A DNA stretch of 63,739 bases, filler included, from Globobulimina sp. (taxonomy: Eukaryota): the NCBI GenBank assembly GCA_003354225.1. It is 52 parts of 52 records of this genome, joined end to end, with 100 filler letters (N's around TTAATTAATTAA, not from the genome) between each part and the next. Parts side by side here need not be neighbours in the genome. Positions count along the whole stretch, not along the records: positions 46,662 to 47,788 come from PIVH01022828.1; positions 47,889 to 49,015 come from PIVH01022829.1; positions 49,116 to 50,242 come from PIVH01022830.1; positions 50,343 to 51,469 come from PIVH01022831.1; positions 51,570 to 52,696 come from PIVH01022832.1; positions 52,797 to 53,923 come from PIVH01022833.1; positions 54,024 to 55,150 come from PIVH01022834.1; positions 55,251 to 56,377 come from PIVH01022835.1; 44 more parts are not named here. One strand, 5' to 3'. Under the pieces are notes generated by a model. It saw nothing but the letters and a program-made list of their open reading frames with translations. It searched no databases and was not told the DNA's origin. Below are positions 46,562 through 58,931 of this stretch, one piece after another (the first letter of the stretch is position 1; each line of letters begins with the position of its first letter). Made by a program: the position numbers and the translations under genes.

Positions 46562-46853
46562 NNNNNNNNNNNNNNNNNNNNNNNNNNNNNNNNNNNNNNN
46601 NNNNNTTAATTAATTAANNNNNNNNNNNNNNNNNNNNNNNNNNNNNNNNNNNNNNNNNNNNCTAAACAGTAAATATATTGTTTGCCTATTTGTTTTTTCA
46701 GAGAAAAACAGTGGAAGTGGATATTGTTTTTTTGATACCAAAACATGGTGTACCCAAAAACATTTTGATATGCACTATTTAATTAAATTTGAACTCCAGA
46801 AAACACACAAAAGAAGTGAAAAGAAGTGCGAACCTAAAATGTCAAATGTTTCT

Positions 46854-47788
46854 TTAATTAATACCAATCTGCAATGTTATGGTATAGCTCTGATGTATAA
46901 TTTCCACACAAATGTTTAATTGTTTATCACAGTTTTGTTTAATTGTTTGTTGAATGTCTGATATATATTTTTCACATAAATAAAAGGTCGGACAGCAAAT
47001 ACATCCAACTATTGAAGTTTCAATCTGTGAAATTCCAATTTGTTTCATTATTTGTGTTGTAATCCTTAAAAATGGTTTCAACTTTGCATCATATGCTTGT
47101 ATGAATTGGGTTGCAATTTGTTTACTTTTTATTTTTAAATCATTATCTGTGTCGTTTGCATTTGGTCGGACATCACAAAGCATCAAAAATCCTATTTTAA
47201 ATTTTGAAAACCGTTTCTGTTTTGTATTAATTAACAATGAAACAAATTCATTGATATCAACGGTTTGCCCAAGAAAATCCACTGATAAACTTGCAAAATT
47301 ACACAATGATGAAATAGTTCCCATTGCATTAAAAGTCTCTTTCCATTGTGACATGGTCTTAGGTTGACATACAACAACATTAATGCCTATATTCTCCACT
47401 TTTTTCTTTTTCATGATTTTCATTGAATTTGCAATATCACTCAACACCGAATTGGCCGCGATTGAACCATTAAAACGCAATTTAATTTCTTTTAAATTTT
47501 GCAATGTATTTGCACCAATAAACTCAAATAATTTAACATCTGAATAATATGTCACTGAAAGCACTTTTTTGTTTTTCTTGTCATTTAAAAGCCATTTAAC
47601 AAAGTTAAACAATTTGCGTATGAATGCAGCATTTATTTCAAAATATTTTATCCGATGCAATTGTTCCAACTGCGATAACATTGGATCATTATTAATATTT
47701 TCATCATCATCGATTGCAACACATTTAAGGGACAAACTTTCTAAATTGACACAGCGAACCATTGCTTTTAATATTTCTTTGTTAAAAT
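46854..47788 (-). CDS. Hypothetical protein with LRR-like segments, 5' partial
   Basis: CVNLESLSL and LQNLKEIKL motifs. Confidence 0.55.
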
Positions 47789-47891
47789 NNNNNNNNNNNN
47801 NNNNNNNNNNNNNNNNNNNNNNNNNNNNNNNNTTAATTAATTAANNNNNNNNNNNNNNNNNNNNNNNNNNNNNNNNNNNNNNNNNNNNATG

Positions 47892-48007
47892 AGTGGGATT
47901 GGCATCCAAAATGCATTTAATATATCTGTAAGAAGTGAGATTGGCATCGGGAATGCATTTAATATATCTGTAAGAAGTGGGATTGGCATCCAAAATGCAT
48001 TTAATAT
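47892..48007. repeat. 42-bp tandem repeat (about 2.8 copies), followed by short CTATA/ACTAAGCTCTACAT repeats to about 48145
   Basis: Unit AGTGGGATTGGCATCCAAAATGCATTTAATATATCTGTAAGA starts at 47892, 47934 and 47976. Confidence 0.9.
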
Positions 48008-48144
48008 GCATTTAATATAGACTAAGCTCTACATTGCTGATCCGCATATACTATAGACTAAGCTCTACATTGCTGATTTAATATAGACTATCCTATACTA
48101 AGCTCTACATCTACTATCCTATACTATCCTATACTATATATCCT

Positions 48145-48283
48145 ATAATAACGCCAATGTAAACTGAAATAATAATTCAGTTTCAGAGTTATGTATATAT
48201 GGTGGGGGCGCTTCGAGCCCCCCCACCATATATACATTATAAACAAACTGAATTATTATTTCTGTTTACATTGGCATTATTAT
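48145..48283. repeat. Long imperfect palindrome (about 140 bp)
   Basis: Outer arms GCCAATGTAAAC.GAAATAATAATTCAGTTT / AAACTGAATTATTATTTC.GTTTACATTGGC; inner arms ATGTATATATGGTGGGGG / CCCCCACCATATATACAT. Confidence 0.88.
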
Positions 48284-48443
48284 TTCTGTTTGAAACAAAA
48301 TCAATATTTGGTGGCAACGCGGTAATAATTAATTATTATTTCAGTTTGTAATGGTATTATTATTTTAGTTTGAAAGTAGATATTGTTTGGTATGCAATGT
48401 GGTAATAATTATGGACCAATGTGCCGTAATTATGTCCGTAATT

Positions 48444-49001
48444 TCACACAATAAAAACACCCGTAACATGCCTGCCAGCTTTGTTTATGATATCGATGAT
48501 GTGTTTATATGTTTTATTCACAGCATGCTTTCTAAATTCTTTATCTTTTCTATATTTAATATCAAATTCCCTCAATACAAAATCCCGCCATGCATCGTCA
48601 TCATCTGCATTAATACCTTGTACATTTTTAATAATGTTTTTGATTTTATCGTCTCTAAATCTTTGATGTTTCACTCCAATTTTTAATTTCCTAATTCTAG
48701 TTAGACCGAAGTGTCTGTGCATTTTCCGCAATGCTCTTCCTTTTCTCCAGCACTTGCATTTCCATCTATTTGTCTTCTTTCTTTCTCTTTGCAATTTTTG
48801 TTTCAATTTAATATTTTCTTCGCGAATTTTATCTTCTCGAGCTTGGAATTCTTTTACCAAATCTAATACATCCATTTGCAAATAGTTTCTATGTCGGGAG
48901 TGAACACGGTCACTCATTGGACCTAATTTACCATGAATCTCCGTCAATAATTGGTTATTTGCTTGTGTTGCACGTATTATTGGCTGCAGTATAGCAAGCA
49001 A
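48444..49001 (-). CDS. Basic coiled-coil hypothetical protein, probably 5' partial
   Basis: 185-aa Lys/Arg-rich ORF ending next to the palindrome/repeat block. Confidence 0.5.
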   Translation of the reverse strand: MLAILQPIIRATQANNQLLTEIHGKLGPMSDRVHSRHRNYLQMDVLDLVKEFQAREDKIREENIKLKQKLQRERKKTNRWKCKCWRKGRALRKMHRHFGLTRIRKLKIGVKHQRFRDDKIKNIIKNVQGINADDDDAWRDFVLREFDIKYRKDKEFRKHAVNKTYKHIIDIINKAGRHVTGVFIV

Positions 49002-49114
49002 CAGAGTTTGTAATANNNNNNNNNNNNNNNNNNNNNNNNNNNNNNNNNNNNNNNNNNNNTTAATTAATTAANNNNNNNNNNNNNNNNNNNNNNNNNNNNN
49101 NNNNNNNNNNNNNN

Positions 49115-50140
49115 NGTTGCCATATTGTTTGATGTTAATTCTTGTTTTAATGAATCATATTTTGATTTGACACAAATCATTTTAGATTTACCCATATAAT
49201 CAAAATCATCCTCCAGTTCATACTCATCATTGCAGACAGTGCTAATTCCATATTCATCAATGTAATCAAATTGAAATCCAATGCTATACATTTCAACATC
49301 AATATCTTTCTTTAATTCATCAGTTTGCAACTTAAAACAATTAAATTTATTACTTGTTGGATTATTTAAACGGTGACGAATTTCATTATATATTTTTCTA
49401 TTTTTATATAGTATTTTATGTACATTTGGCACGCTCACATTTACTGCAATATCATCCGCACTTTGTTCATCCACAATATTTTGATTAATCACAGCTTTAT
49501 CTTTTATTGTTAATCTATTTGAAATATCATAACAATGTACAAAATAACAATGTATTTTGTCGATAACTTGACCAAATACAATATCATTTATCTCCAAATC
49601 ACGGTCATTATCCATCTTAACACTTTTGTTTCGATTATTTCTCATAAACATTTCACACTGTTTAATGTCACAATATTCAAATTTATCCACAATATGTTCA
49701 AAATGTTGATCTGAATCATGTTTATTTATTAGATGTATAAAATCGTTAATTATTTGCTGCATTCTTTCAGAACTTCGATCCTTATCATTTTTACCTTGAT
49801 TATATTCTCCAATTGCATTTAACAGCGTGTTTAAATGAAGACAACTTTCAATAACTCCATTACAATTATAATCATCATGCATTTTATAACTAAGATTTGT
49901 ATTTACAATAACATCACATTTTCGTTTATATAAAAGTCCACATAAATCACATTGCATTTTATGCCTTGATAAAAAAACAAGAGATTGACAATTAGGACAT
50001 TTAGGACATTTATTTTTGTTGTTATCGATAATATAATGTTTCAATAACAAATTTTTAGCTTTTTTTAAATCTTTTATTTGTTGGAGGCCTGGTTCACACA
50101 ATAACTTGTTTTTAATTTCGTCAGCTTGAAAAAACCCCAT
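49115..50140 (-). CDS. Hypothetical protist protein with zinc-ribbon-like Cys pairs, partial
   Basis: CPNC...CDLC, then DFIHL...H and IDKIHCYFVH helical motifs. Confidence 0.6.
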
Positions 50141-50354
50141 TACTGTTAAGAAAATGTTAATCCATTCTTTTGGATTTATTAATGTTTCGTAAAATTCTTG
50201 AACATCAATATATGGATATTCTTGACCTCGATAATATGCAATNNNNNNNNNNNNNNNNNNNNNNNNNNNNNNNNNNNNNNNNNNNNTTAATTAATTAANN
50301 NNNNNNNNNNNNNNNNNNNNNNNNNNNNNNNNNNNNNNNNNNGATAATGATTTA

Positions 50355-51469
50355 TTGACAAATAATTACAAATACTGCAATGCTAAAGAACTGGCACCGA
50401 ACGATTTGTTAGCTTCGCTGTGTTCGTTTGACGACGTTTTTAAGATTAGATTGATGAATAAAAACTGGATTCGACTCTCATTGATGTTAATAGCTTATGC
50501 ATTGTACGTTATTTTCTATTTTTTAATCCGAACCATTGTGCATAATCACAACAATTCGGAGGTTATATTCTCCGCTTTGTCGCCTATTTTCTTGTATGTG
50601 GTGATAGCACAATTATGGAGCTGTTGGTGCGCAATGCATTTCGAAGTCTGCTATCCGCAGTTTCATATGTTAGAGCACGTATCGATGTTCTTTGAAGACT
50701 CTCTGTTATACTCACGAATACATGTAATGGCGTCGGACTTTGCCTCGTCCAGAACATGGAATTGCATCACCTATCCCTGGCATTATCCCATCCAATGGAA
50801 GAAGAGGCTGATTGTCCCCGCCTTGATCTATCCGTTAATGTGCAGATTGCCGGCGTTACTGCACAGCGATCAGTTATTTGATTTCCCGGACCATACACCC
50901 TATGCTAACAAAGCAAACAATGGCTGGGATGTATTGATTGAGTCATTGGCAGCTTTGCTGATGTTTTGGTTTTGCTATATATTGTTTTGTGCCTTTAATA
51001 CCATAACATTGCGCACATTGTCGTATTGGAAGGAGGTGCACAGCATTACGGAACTGATTACATTGAAATCAAATTCGTTTTTTACGACGCGGATAAATAA
51101 TCGAAGTTCGTTTAACTTTTTGCGACTGGATAATGAAAATAATTTATTTGCGTGGCTGTCATTGCGATCATTTATTCACAGAAAGGGAGATGTGGTATTT
51201 TGTGGGTTGGAAATGCAAGGATTGTTTTTGGTCATTATGGTATTTTTCAATTTGGCGACATTGGTCATTATAATATTTGTGCTCATCGATGATTTAAAGG
51301 CGGAAGACGATGATTTTAAAAATATATTATTAAATTCAGGATTTATTTTATCGCAGTCGTGGTTTCTGTGCGTTTGCATGTATTATATGTCATATATGTT
51401 ATTGATCGGATATTGGTTTGGTAAAGAAAATGAGTATCAATTAAATAGAGTTGAAAGACAGAAATTATT
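50355..51469 (+). CDS. Multi-pass membrane protein, partial
   Basis: Open frame across the contig with about six hydrophobic helices. Confidence 0.65.
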
Positions 51470-53042
51470 NNNNNNNNNNNNNNNNNNNNNNNNNNNNNNN
51501 NNNNNNNNNNNNNTTAATTAATTAANNNNNNNNNNNNNNNNNNNNNNNNNNNNNNNNNNNNNNNNNNNNTGCTGGTATGCCTCACCATTTAAACCCAAAT
51601 GGTGCATCTGGAAGGTTTGTCCATGTTGGTGCAGCTGCCATGATGCGACTGAGTTCCCTTAAAAGAGTAGTTTCCTTATAGCTTCAATGTACAAGCAACC
51701 AGTGGCATGCAACAAATTCATTAAATGGAAGCACAAATCGAAACTAGAATTAAAGGGGAAAATTAAATCAAATATCGACAAACGTGGCGCAAAATTGGCA
51801 GAAATAACGAATACATTAATTAAGGAAATAATTCCCAACACAAAATTGTTGTATTCGCCTGATGCCTTAAGTGTAATGTCAATAAATGAAATATGCACAA
51901 GAGTGGATGGGTGGAGAGGTGTCAATGTCGACGCAATGCGTAAGAAACCAAAAACATTTACAGAATATCACAAGCGAGCTGATAATTGGTGGAATAGATA
52001 CAAAGCAGAGTGGATTGGCGATTATTTATTTCATCCTTTTTTATGCAATGAATTATTAAAATATCTATCCATTATAACCTCGGACCACATCATTATCGAA
52101 TTATTATATTTTATGGTTTTATCCAATGTGCTGAATGCTGAAATTTATTATCACAGAACCAAAGGACAGCCGTTATTATTGGACCAATCCTTTACTAAAT
52201 CCAAGCTATTAAAGCAATTGTTTTATAATATCGGCCAACAAAACCGTAAGCGGTGGCAAATTCCAATAAATGACAACGTTGAGTTCGAAGCGCAGTGCCT
52301 TGCAATTGTTTTAATGTTATTTCACTTGTTTTGTTTGTTTATAATTCATAGATTAATGGTCGTTATCGTGTTACTGTCCGCAATTACGTTAAAAAATGGG
52401 TGCGAAGTATATTGGATGAAAAACAAATTATATTCAATGTGTATTATAACACATGCAACGTTCAATGCGCACCGCCAAATGACATGGATATTGACGAAAA
52501 TAACAATTTTAAACAGGAAACCGAGCAAAAATGTACGTGCGCATCGAGTCAGTGCAGTGTTAGTGGTGTTGGTGAAATGCAAATCGGTTATAACTGGTCG
52601 CATAATTATAATACGGACGTATTGGGTTATTTACCTGTTACGGATGGTGGTGATAAGGGTTCTGATCACAATGATGCTATGATGAAATTAACATATNNNN
52701 NNNNNNNNNNNNNNNNNNNNNNNNNNNNNNNNNNNNNNNNTTAATTAATTAANNNNNNNNNNNNNNNNNNNNNNNNNNNNNNNNNNNNNNNNNNNNATTG
52801 TACATATCTTTCATGTCCGCATTAATTAATTTTAAATCATTTACATTGATGTTATTATTTGAAATAAATTGATTAGTTTTGATAATCATAGATGTTAATT
52901 CAATGACATTTGATTCCACAGCAATTTAAAGCACAAGCTATCTGCCTACAGGTTGGATGCCCATGGACGAAATGGTGATTTGTGTACTCGTTCAACAGAA
53001 AAATTAGCAGAAATATACAAAGAACAATTGGTTGGGGTCAAC

Positions 53043-53142
53043 TAAGTTCGGAGGTTAAACATTCGAAAGCATGTCACCTTTTCAGTCACTTCTAGCCGAG
53101 ATTGGATTTTTAAACTACGATAGCGGTTTACATACGAAACAT
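53043..53142. repeat. Dispersed repeat, copy B (reverse complement of 9834-9933)
   Basis: 100 bp nearly identical to copy A. Confidence 0.93.
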
Positions 53143-53480
53143 TTATGAAACATAAGAGTAAGTATACCGGTCAAAACAAAACACATTATAAAACAACGCA
53201 AAACATGATAAAACAGTGATGAAACAGTTAAAAAACAATACAAAACACAACATAAAACATAACAAAACACAATATAAAACATAATAAAACATTTGTAAAA
53301 CACCCAAAAAAATTTATAAAACACAATAAAACAATTTCTGAAACATAATAAAACACAATATAAAACATAATAAAACAAATTGTAAAACACCCAAAATAAT
53401 TTACAAAACAAATGAAAAACAACATAAAACATTTGTAAAACAAACAATAAATTAGAAAACACCAAAAAAACTGTAACAAC
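53143..53480. repeat. A/C-rich degenerate simple repeat (AAAACA/ATAAAAC-like)
   Basis: Strongly G-depleted plus strand made of about 10-bp degenerate units. Confidence 0.85.
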
Positions 53481-53657
53481 TTAAGTCAAGATAACTGAAG
53501 TCTACATATAATGACATGAAGAGACCATGGTTAAACCGACCAAACTGAATGAAAATTCAGTACATATCGGAGACCCCTATTAAGCTTAAAGCAAAACTTT
53601 TTTGTGTTCCAGCATCAAAAACAATGGATGCTGCAGCCGTCTCATTATGCTATTGAT

Positions 53658-53923
53658 TATGGTACTTATGGCGGCGAAGCCGCCCCATCGATATGGCATT
53701 TATGGTATTTATGGCGGCGAAGCGGCCGCAATGTATTCATTATGGTATTTATGGCGGCGCAGCATCGATATGGTATTTATGGTGTTTATGGCGGCGAAGC
53801 CGCGTTATTGAATTTATTATGGTATTTATATGGTATCTATGGCGGCGAAGCCGCCTTATTGTATTTATATGGTATTTATGGGGCGAAGCCGCCTCATCGT
53901 ATTTATTATGGTATTTATATGGT
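53658..53923. repeat. Array of six hairpin-bearing repeats TATGGTATTTATGGCGGCGAAGCCGC with variable linkers
   Basis: Units start at 53658, 53701, 53741, 53778, 53829 and 53868; the array runs to the contig edge. Confidence 0.9.
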
Positions 53924-54024
53924 NNNNNNNNNNNNNNNNNNNNNNNNNNNNNNNNNNNNNNNNNNNNTTAATTAATTAANNNNNNNNNNNNNNNNNNNNN
54001 NNNNNNNNNNNNNNNNNNNNNNNC

Positions 54025-54936
54025 CTTGAATATGTCATTTGGTTTGATAATTCGTGCAAAATAATAAACAACCAATGCGATGAAATAATATTTGGAATCA
54101 GCGATATTATTCAAATATTGCTTGGTAATACAAACAAAATATCTGTAGCGACATTACAATTCACAGAGAGTGCAAGTATTAATGTGTTGGTTGCTTTTAA
54201 TAATTCGGAATTACAGAAGAATGCGACTAAATATGTTGAGTATCTACAGGAAAATACTAAATGTACACAGAATGAAAATGGAAATACAAATCTAAAATAT
54301 GCATTACATAAAGCACTGGAACACTATACAAATATTAATAGTATCGATACGAATGTAAATTATATAAGAAAACTTATCATTATTTCAGCATGTTATGATG
54401 ATAAAGAAGCAGCAATTTGTCATCATTCAGTGTCATTATTGAAACAACTAAATATAGATTCATTTATTGTAAACATTATAGATATCTCAAATTCGATTAA
54501 TGTCATCACACATTATGAAGCTGATAAATATTTGAAATGTATTGCAACAAATAATTACATGAATTATAGCAAGAGAGTATGCAATGGCACTGCATTTAAA
54601 ACAATTATGGATAAATGCTTACTGCCAACCCTTTGTACGCCTTCATTTGAAATAGAGATTGGAATATCGCACATATCACAAATTACAACAACGATGACAC
54701 ATCATATGCATCCATATCATGATGATGCCCGACTTAATAAGAAAATGATGAACAATCCATATTATAAATATCACCAAATTACAAATCATGAATTATTTGG
54801 GAAATTCGAGCAATACAAATCGAACCAATTTAATCATTGGATAAGGATAGTAACCATAATTCTGGTTGTCATTACTATGTTAATTACAATGTGTGTATTG
54901 TTGTATATGGTGTTGCAAAAATACAGGAAAGTATAG
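54025..54936 (+). CDS. vWA-like domain + C-terminal TM protein, 5' partial
   Basis: YVIWFDNSC (DxS), ISVATLQF, TNLKYAL..A, RKLIIIS, and a C-terminal TM helix. Confidence 0.72.
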   Translation, partial: LEYVIWFDNSCKIINNQCDEIIFGISDIIQILLGNTNKISVATLQFTESASINVLVAFNNSELQKNATKYVEYLQENTKCTQNENGNTNLKYALHKALEHYTNINSIDTNVNYIRKLIIISACYDDKEAAICHHSVSLLKQLNIDSFIVNIIDISNSINVITHYEADKYLKCIATNNYMNYSKRVCNGTAFKTIMDKCLLPTLCTPSFEIEIGISHISQITTTMTHHMHPYHDDARLNKKMMNNPYYKYHQITNHELFGKFEQYKSNQFNHWIRIVTIILVVITMLITMCVLLYMVLQKYRKV

Positions 54937-55305
54937 AACATAAATCCACCGCCGGCTAGATATGCTTTTTCTGGTGTCCATATTTTACTGATTCCTGTTT
55001 TTTGTGTTTTGCGACGCAAGTTCGAAAGCTAGTTAATTAAAAAAAACATGTACATGTCATGATAAAATCATAATATATAAACAAAAATGTTACAATTTAC
55101 TTTGATATTTAATCTGTTTTCTCTGATTTATTAATTGTTTGACAACTTTTNNNNNNNNNNNNNNNNNNNNNNNNNNNNNNNNNNNNNNNNNNNNTTAATT
55201 AATTAANNNNNNNNNNNNNNNNNNNNNNNNNNNNNNNNNNNNNNNNNNNNTCGAACAAAAAAGAAACAATTATTTGGCAATACTGTCATATATAATTTTA
55301 TTGTA

Positions 55306-55962
55306 TTGATTTCTTTTTCTTTTTATTATTTAACAAAATATCCAAAATGGAAAAAAATGTTTGTTCAAAATTATTTTCGTAGTGATTTAAATTTAAATCA
55401 ATGGTTCAAAGAGCTGGAGAAATTATTTAAAAAAGAAAAAAATGGCAATAAAGATCCTTTTTTGTTGCTATTTTTATCATCATTGATAAATTTACAAATT
55501 GAACAATTTGTAAGAATAACATATAAAGAAATTTATAATTTAAGTTGTACAGTGTTTAGATATAAATGGAACGAAATCGAATGTCATAATCATAAATGTA
55601 ATAACAGACGATATGAAATGAATAATTTCTATAAATGTAAGAAATGCAAAGTAGCTCGATATTGCAGCAGATTTTGTCAAAAAATTGATTGGAATATAAA
55701 TGATCATAAATATGTTTGTTATGGTTTAACGGCATTAAATATGAAATATAAAACAATCAAAGAAAAACATAATAACATTGATAAAGACAAAGAAACTCAA
55801 AAATTAATTCGATGCGAAAAGAGAGTGAATTTGGCGCGTAAATATAGGATACAATTAAAATTGAAAGAGTTGGTAGATAATCCAGAGAAATTTATGTGTT
55901 CTCCAAACTGTCAATGTAGCAAATGCCAACATGTAGATTTTGATTGTAGGTGGGTATGGTAA
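55306..55962 (+). CDS. MYND zinc-finger protein
   Basis: CHNHKC...KCKKCKVARYCSRFCQKIDW...HKYVC. Confidence 0.9.
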   Translation: MISFSFYYLTKYPKWKKMFVQNYFRSDLNLNQWFKELEKLFKKEKNGNKDPFLLLFLSSLINLQIEQFVRITYKEIYNLSCTVFRYKWNEIECHNHKCNNRRYEMNNFYKCKKCKVARYCSRFCQKIDWNINDHKYVCYGLTALNMKYKTIKEKHNNIDKDKETQKLIRCEKRVNLARKYRIQLKLKELVDNPEKFMCSPNCQCSKCQHVDFDCRWVW

Positions 55963-56092
55963 CTTCGATCTGAACAACACGAAGCAACCGAATATCTTAA
56001 CAAAATAAAACAATGAAAAACGTTCGTTTGAGCCAGAACTAAATGCAGAACTTTTAATAACTTGTCGGATTTATAAATTTACAGGAAAACAA

Positions 56093-56377
56093 ATGTCACC
56101 ATTCTTTTTCGCCAAACTATTAATAATATTTCCATGCATAGGGATAATGTTTGCAATGTGTGCCATATATGCCACAGCATATGAAAATTCATGGCTAAAT
56201 GGAATGTATGATCATGATATTTCTGATTTAGGCACAACTTGGTCCAAATATCATGTAATATTTGCCATTGGATTTACTGTAGCATCGATAATAATTATAT
56301 GTGGAGCATTGATTAAAATTCATTTAATGTCAATCTTATGGAAAATAGCCTGTAAATTAATTACAAATATGTTTTTT
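56093..56377 (+). CDS. Frag1/DRAM/Sfk1-like membrane protein N-terminus
   Basis: TM helix, then ISDLG...IFAIGF TM helix. Confidence 0.5.
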
Positions 56378-56671
56378 NNNNNNNNNNNNNNNNNNNNNNN
56401 NNNNNNNNNNNNNNNNNNNNNTTAATTAATTAANNNNNNNNNNNNNNNNNNNNNNNNNNNNNNNNNNNNNNNNNNNNTTGTTTTTTTTTTATTTTCTATA
56501 ACTGAAGTTAGATTCCTTTAATTTTTATTGAACAATAAAGTAATTTGACAAGTTCTCACAATGCTAAACGAAATGCAACACGAATGTAATATTATTAATA
56601 CAGAAATTGGATTTAAGCTCAAACATAATTTCTATATCATAATGAATCAAACTGTTAATTTATCGACACAA

Positions 56672-57291
56672 TTAGGCCCACCATCTCCTTTTCATTTTCT
56701 TGATTGTTTTTCCCATATTGTCCAATAAATTATTACTTTCAACTACATTCTGTTTTATTTTTTTGATTTGAACGGTTTGCTCATCCAACTTATCCATAAT
56801 ATCTACAGCATTTAAATCTGTTTCGTGCAATTCTTTTTGAGCATCTTTTAACGCATTTGTATTATCTTTAGATTGCTGTATTATTGCTTTACTTTGCATG
56901 TCATGCACATGGTAAATATCTCTCCGTTGTGCGTTGTTCTTTTCTTTCTCAAACAGCGCTTTTAATGATTGATATTCCTTTTGATGTTTATTTTGGATCA
57001 TATTCCAATGTCGTGTGTTCTCCAATACTTTTATTTCTTGTTTCATCTCTTTTATCTGCATGAAATAATATATGATGTGTATCATTATGAGGAGATATGA
57101 GAAGATATGAGTCAACATACAGTTACTGCGCATTGTTTAAAATAAGTTTTAGTTTCTTCAATAATGTTACGTATTTGTTTTTGTGTCGCAGTCTTCAATG
57201 TAATAATATGTTCAGTTATTTGCTGTATTAATTCCTTAAATTGCTCATCCAACTCAATCAACATAGAGTCATCTTCCAATTTCATCGCCAT
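56672..57291 (-). CDS. Vti1-like (Qb) SNARE lacking a TM anchor; intron 57056-57120
   Basis: Habc-like N-terminus (A..T|IKEMKQEI), then SNARE motif L.ET...A.DI...L.EQ..QI...M; ends KKMKRRWWA*. The GTATGT...TGCAG intron splices in frame. Confidence 0.75.
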
Positions 57292-58417
57292 TTCGGTTGC
57301 GCAAAAGCTAGGACAATTAAATTGCTTGTTGGATTTGGAGGTACTAGGTTGAATATTGTACGTCGGATTTGGATTCAATTCAAACAAAATGACAGAAATA
57401 AGCAAGTTAGGCCAAATAAACGCACAGTATTTGGATGTATATTTAATGAATTAGAAATTCTGTATGCAATATGTATATTATTTAATTAACAAATAAAACG
57501 ACAAAAAATACAAACGTTAACGATACATTATAGTTTAAAATAACGATACGGTACAATACTACATCCCCATTATGTAAAAAAAAACAATATCAATGACAAA
57601 ATCTNNNNNNNNNNNNNNNNNNNNNNNNNNNNNNNNNNNNNNNNNNNNTTAATTAATTAANNNNNNNNNNNNNNNNNNNNNNNNNNNNNNNNNNNNNNNN
57701 NNNNTTAAAGATATATTTGTCCAAAGTCAATATGAAAGAGATGGTGTTATTAAAGTTGTCAACTTTGGTGGAATGAATAGTGATTATCGTGGAGCTGATC
57801 ATTGTGAAATATATTTACATTGTTTTGAAGAACAAATATTTGAGAATTGGAAAACAAAACCTGTTTCATTTGGTGACTTGAGATTGGCATTTTGGAGGAG
57901 TAAATCGCATAAATTTGAGAATTGGTATGAATTATATGGCGGAGCATGTGTTATACGGGATGATGAGGCAGAGAATGGTTTGACTATTAATATTGATTTT
58001 GATCATGGCTCTTGACTTGAAATGGTAACTGTGATTTCTTAGTGTTTTGAAGATCTCTTTTCCTTATCCTCTTGTCTTTTATCGGATGTTTTCGACAAGA
58101 GAAAATAAACGAAAATAGAGTATTTCAAATATGTTTCAGTTGAATAAATTTGCTAAAGACTTGCATTAAACAAATCATAAACAAACAGTCTTGCGCTTCT
58201 AAACAGTCTTTTTGGGTCAAATTTGTAATCACAAATTTCTGGAAATTTCCTTTTGGCTGAAATGCACAAATATTTTTCGATAGTTTATGCACAAGCACTG
58301 ATACAGATATATATAATTATACTTGCACACAGATCATAAGTAATAGTTACTGCACAAAAAAGTCTATTGCATGGTCATATACATTATTTTGATTCTGGTG
58401 AAATAAATCAATGTTTC

Positions 58418-58831
58418 TCATGTTGCCCCACGATCTGAGCATGCGAATACAACCAACATCCAAAGTGTCATTATCGCGGAGGCACCAACTGTGAATTTGA
58501 GTTTATTCGGAATACTATCCCATTCTATATAATCCAGATAAGTTTCCCTTTTCTTATATGGATTTATTCCAACCACACTCTTCGTATCGTTACTATTATC
58601 CACATCACTCTGTGTTACTGCTGCGTCTCTAGGCGCATTGCATAAAGTTACTACACAAACATCAATAGGGCATTTTGCTTCATATGTGAAGCCTGCAGTA
58701 CCTCCTCGACCCGGCCATAACCATACACAGTCCGCATCAGTTGAATATATCGCTGCATCAAATCGTAAACTTTGGTTATCCGGCTCCCCAGGCTCCCAAA
58801 ATTGGCTACATTCACCATCCTCAACTGTACA
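58418..58831 (-). CDS. C-type lectin-like domain C-terminus + TM helix, 5' partial
   Basis: The frame is open from the contig edge: FWEPGEPDN...DADCVWL...C...LCN, then a hydrophobic segment. Confidence 0.65.
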   Translation of the reverse strand, partial: CTVEDGECSQFWEPGEPDNQSLRFDAAIYSTDADCVWLWPGRGGTAGFTYEAKCPIDVCVVTLCNAPRDAAVTQSDVDNSNDTKSVVGINPYKKRETYLDYIEWDSIPNKLKFTVGASAIMTLWMLVVFACSDRGAT

Positions 58832-58931
58832 NNNNNNNNNNNNNNNNNNNNNNNNNNNNNNNNNNNNNNNNNNNNTTAATTAATTAANNNNNNNNNNNNN
58901 NNNNNNNNNNNNNNNNNNNNNNNNNNNNNNN

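Noticed and set aside
53658-53923. CRISPR array
   Set aside because: The linkers are short, uneven (about 11-25 nt) and similar to each other and to the repeat. The repeats are degenerate and no cas gene is present.
53115-53975. ORFs 53115-53479 and 53602-53975
   Set aside because: They are translations of simple or tandem repeats that are open in several frames.
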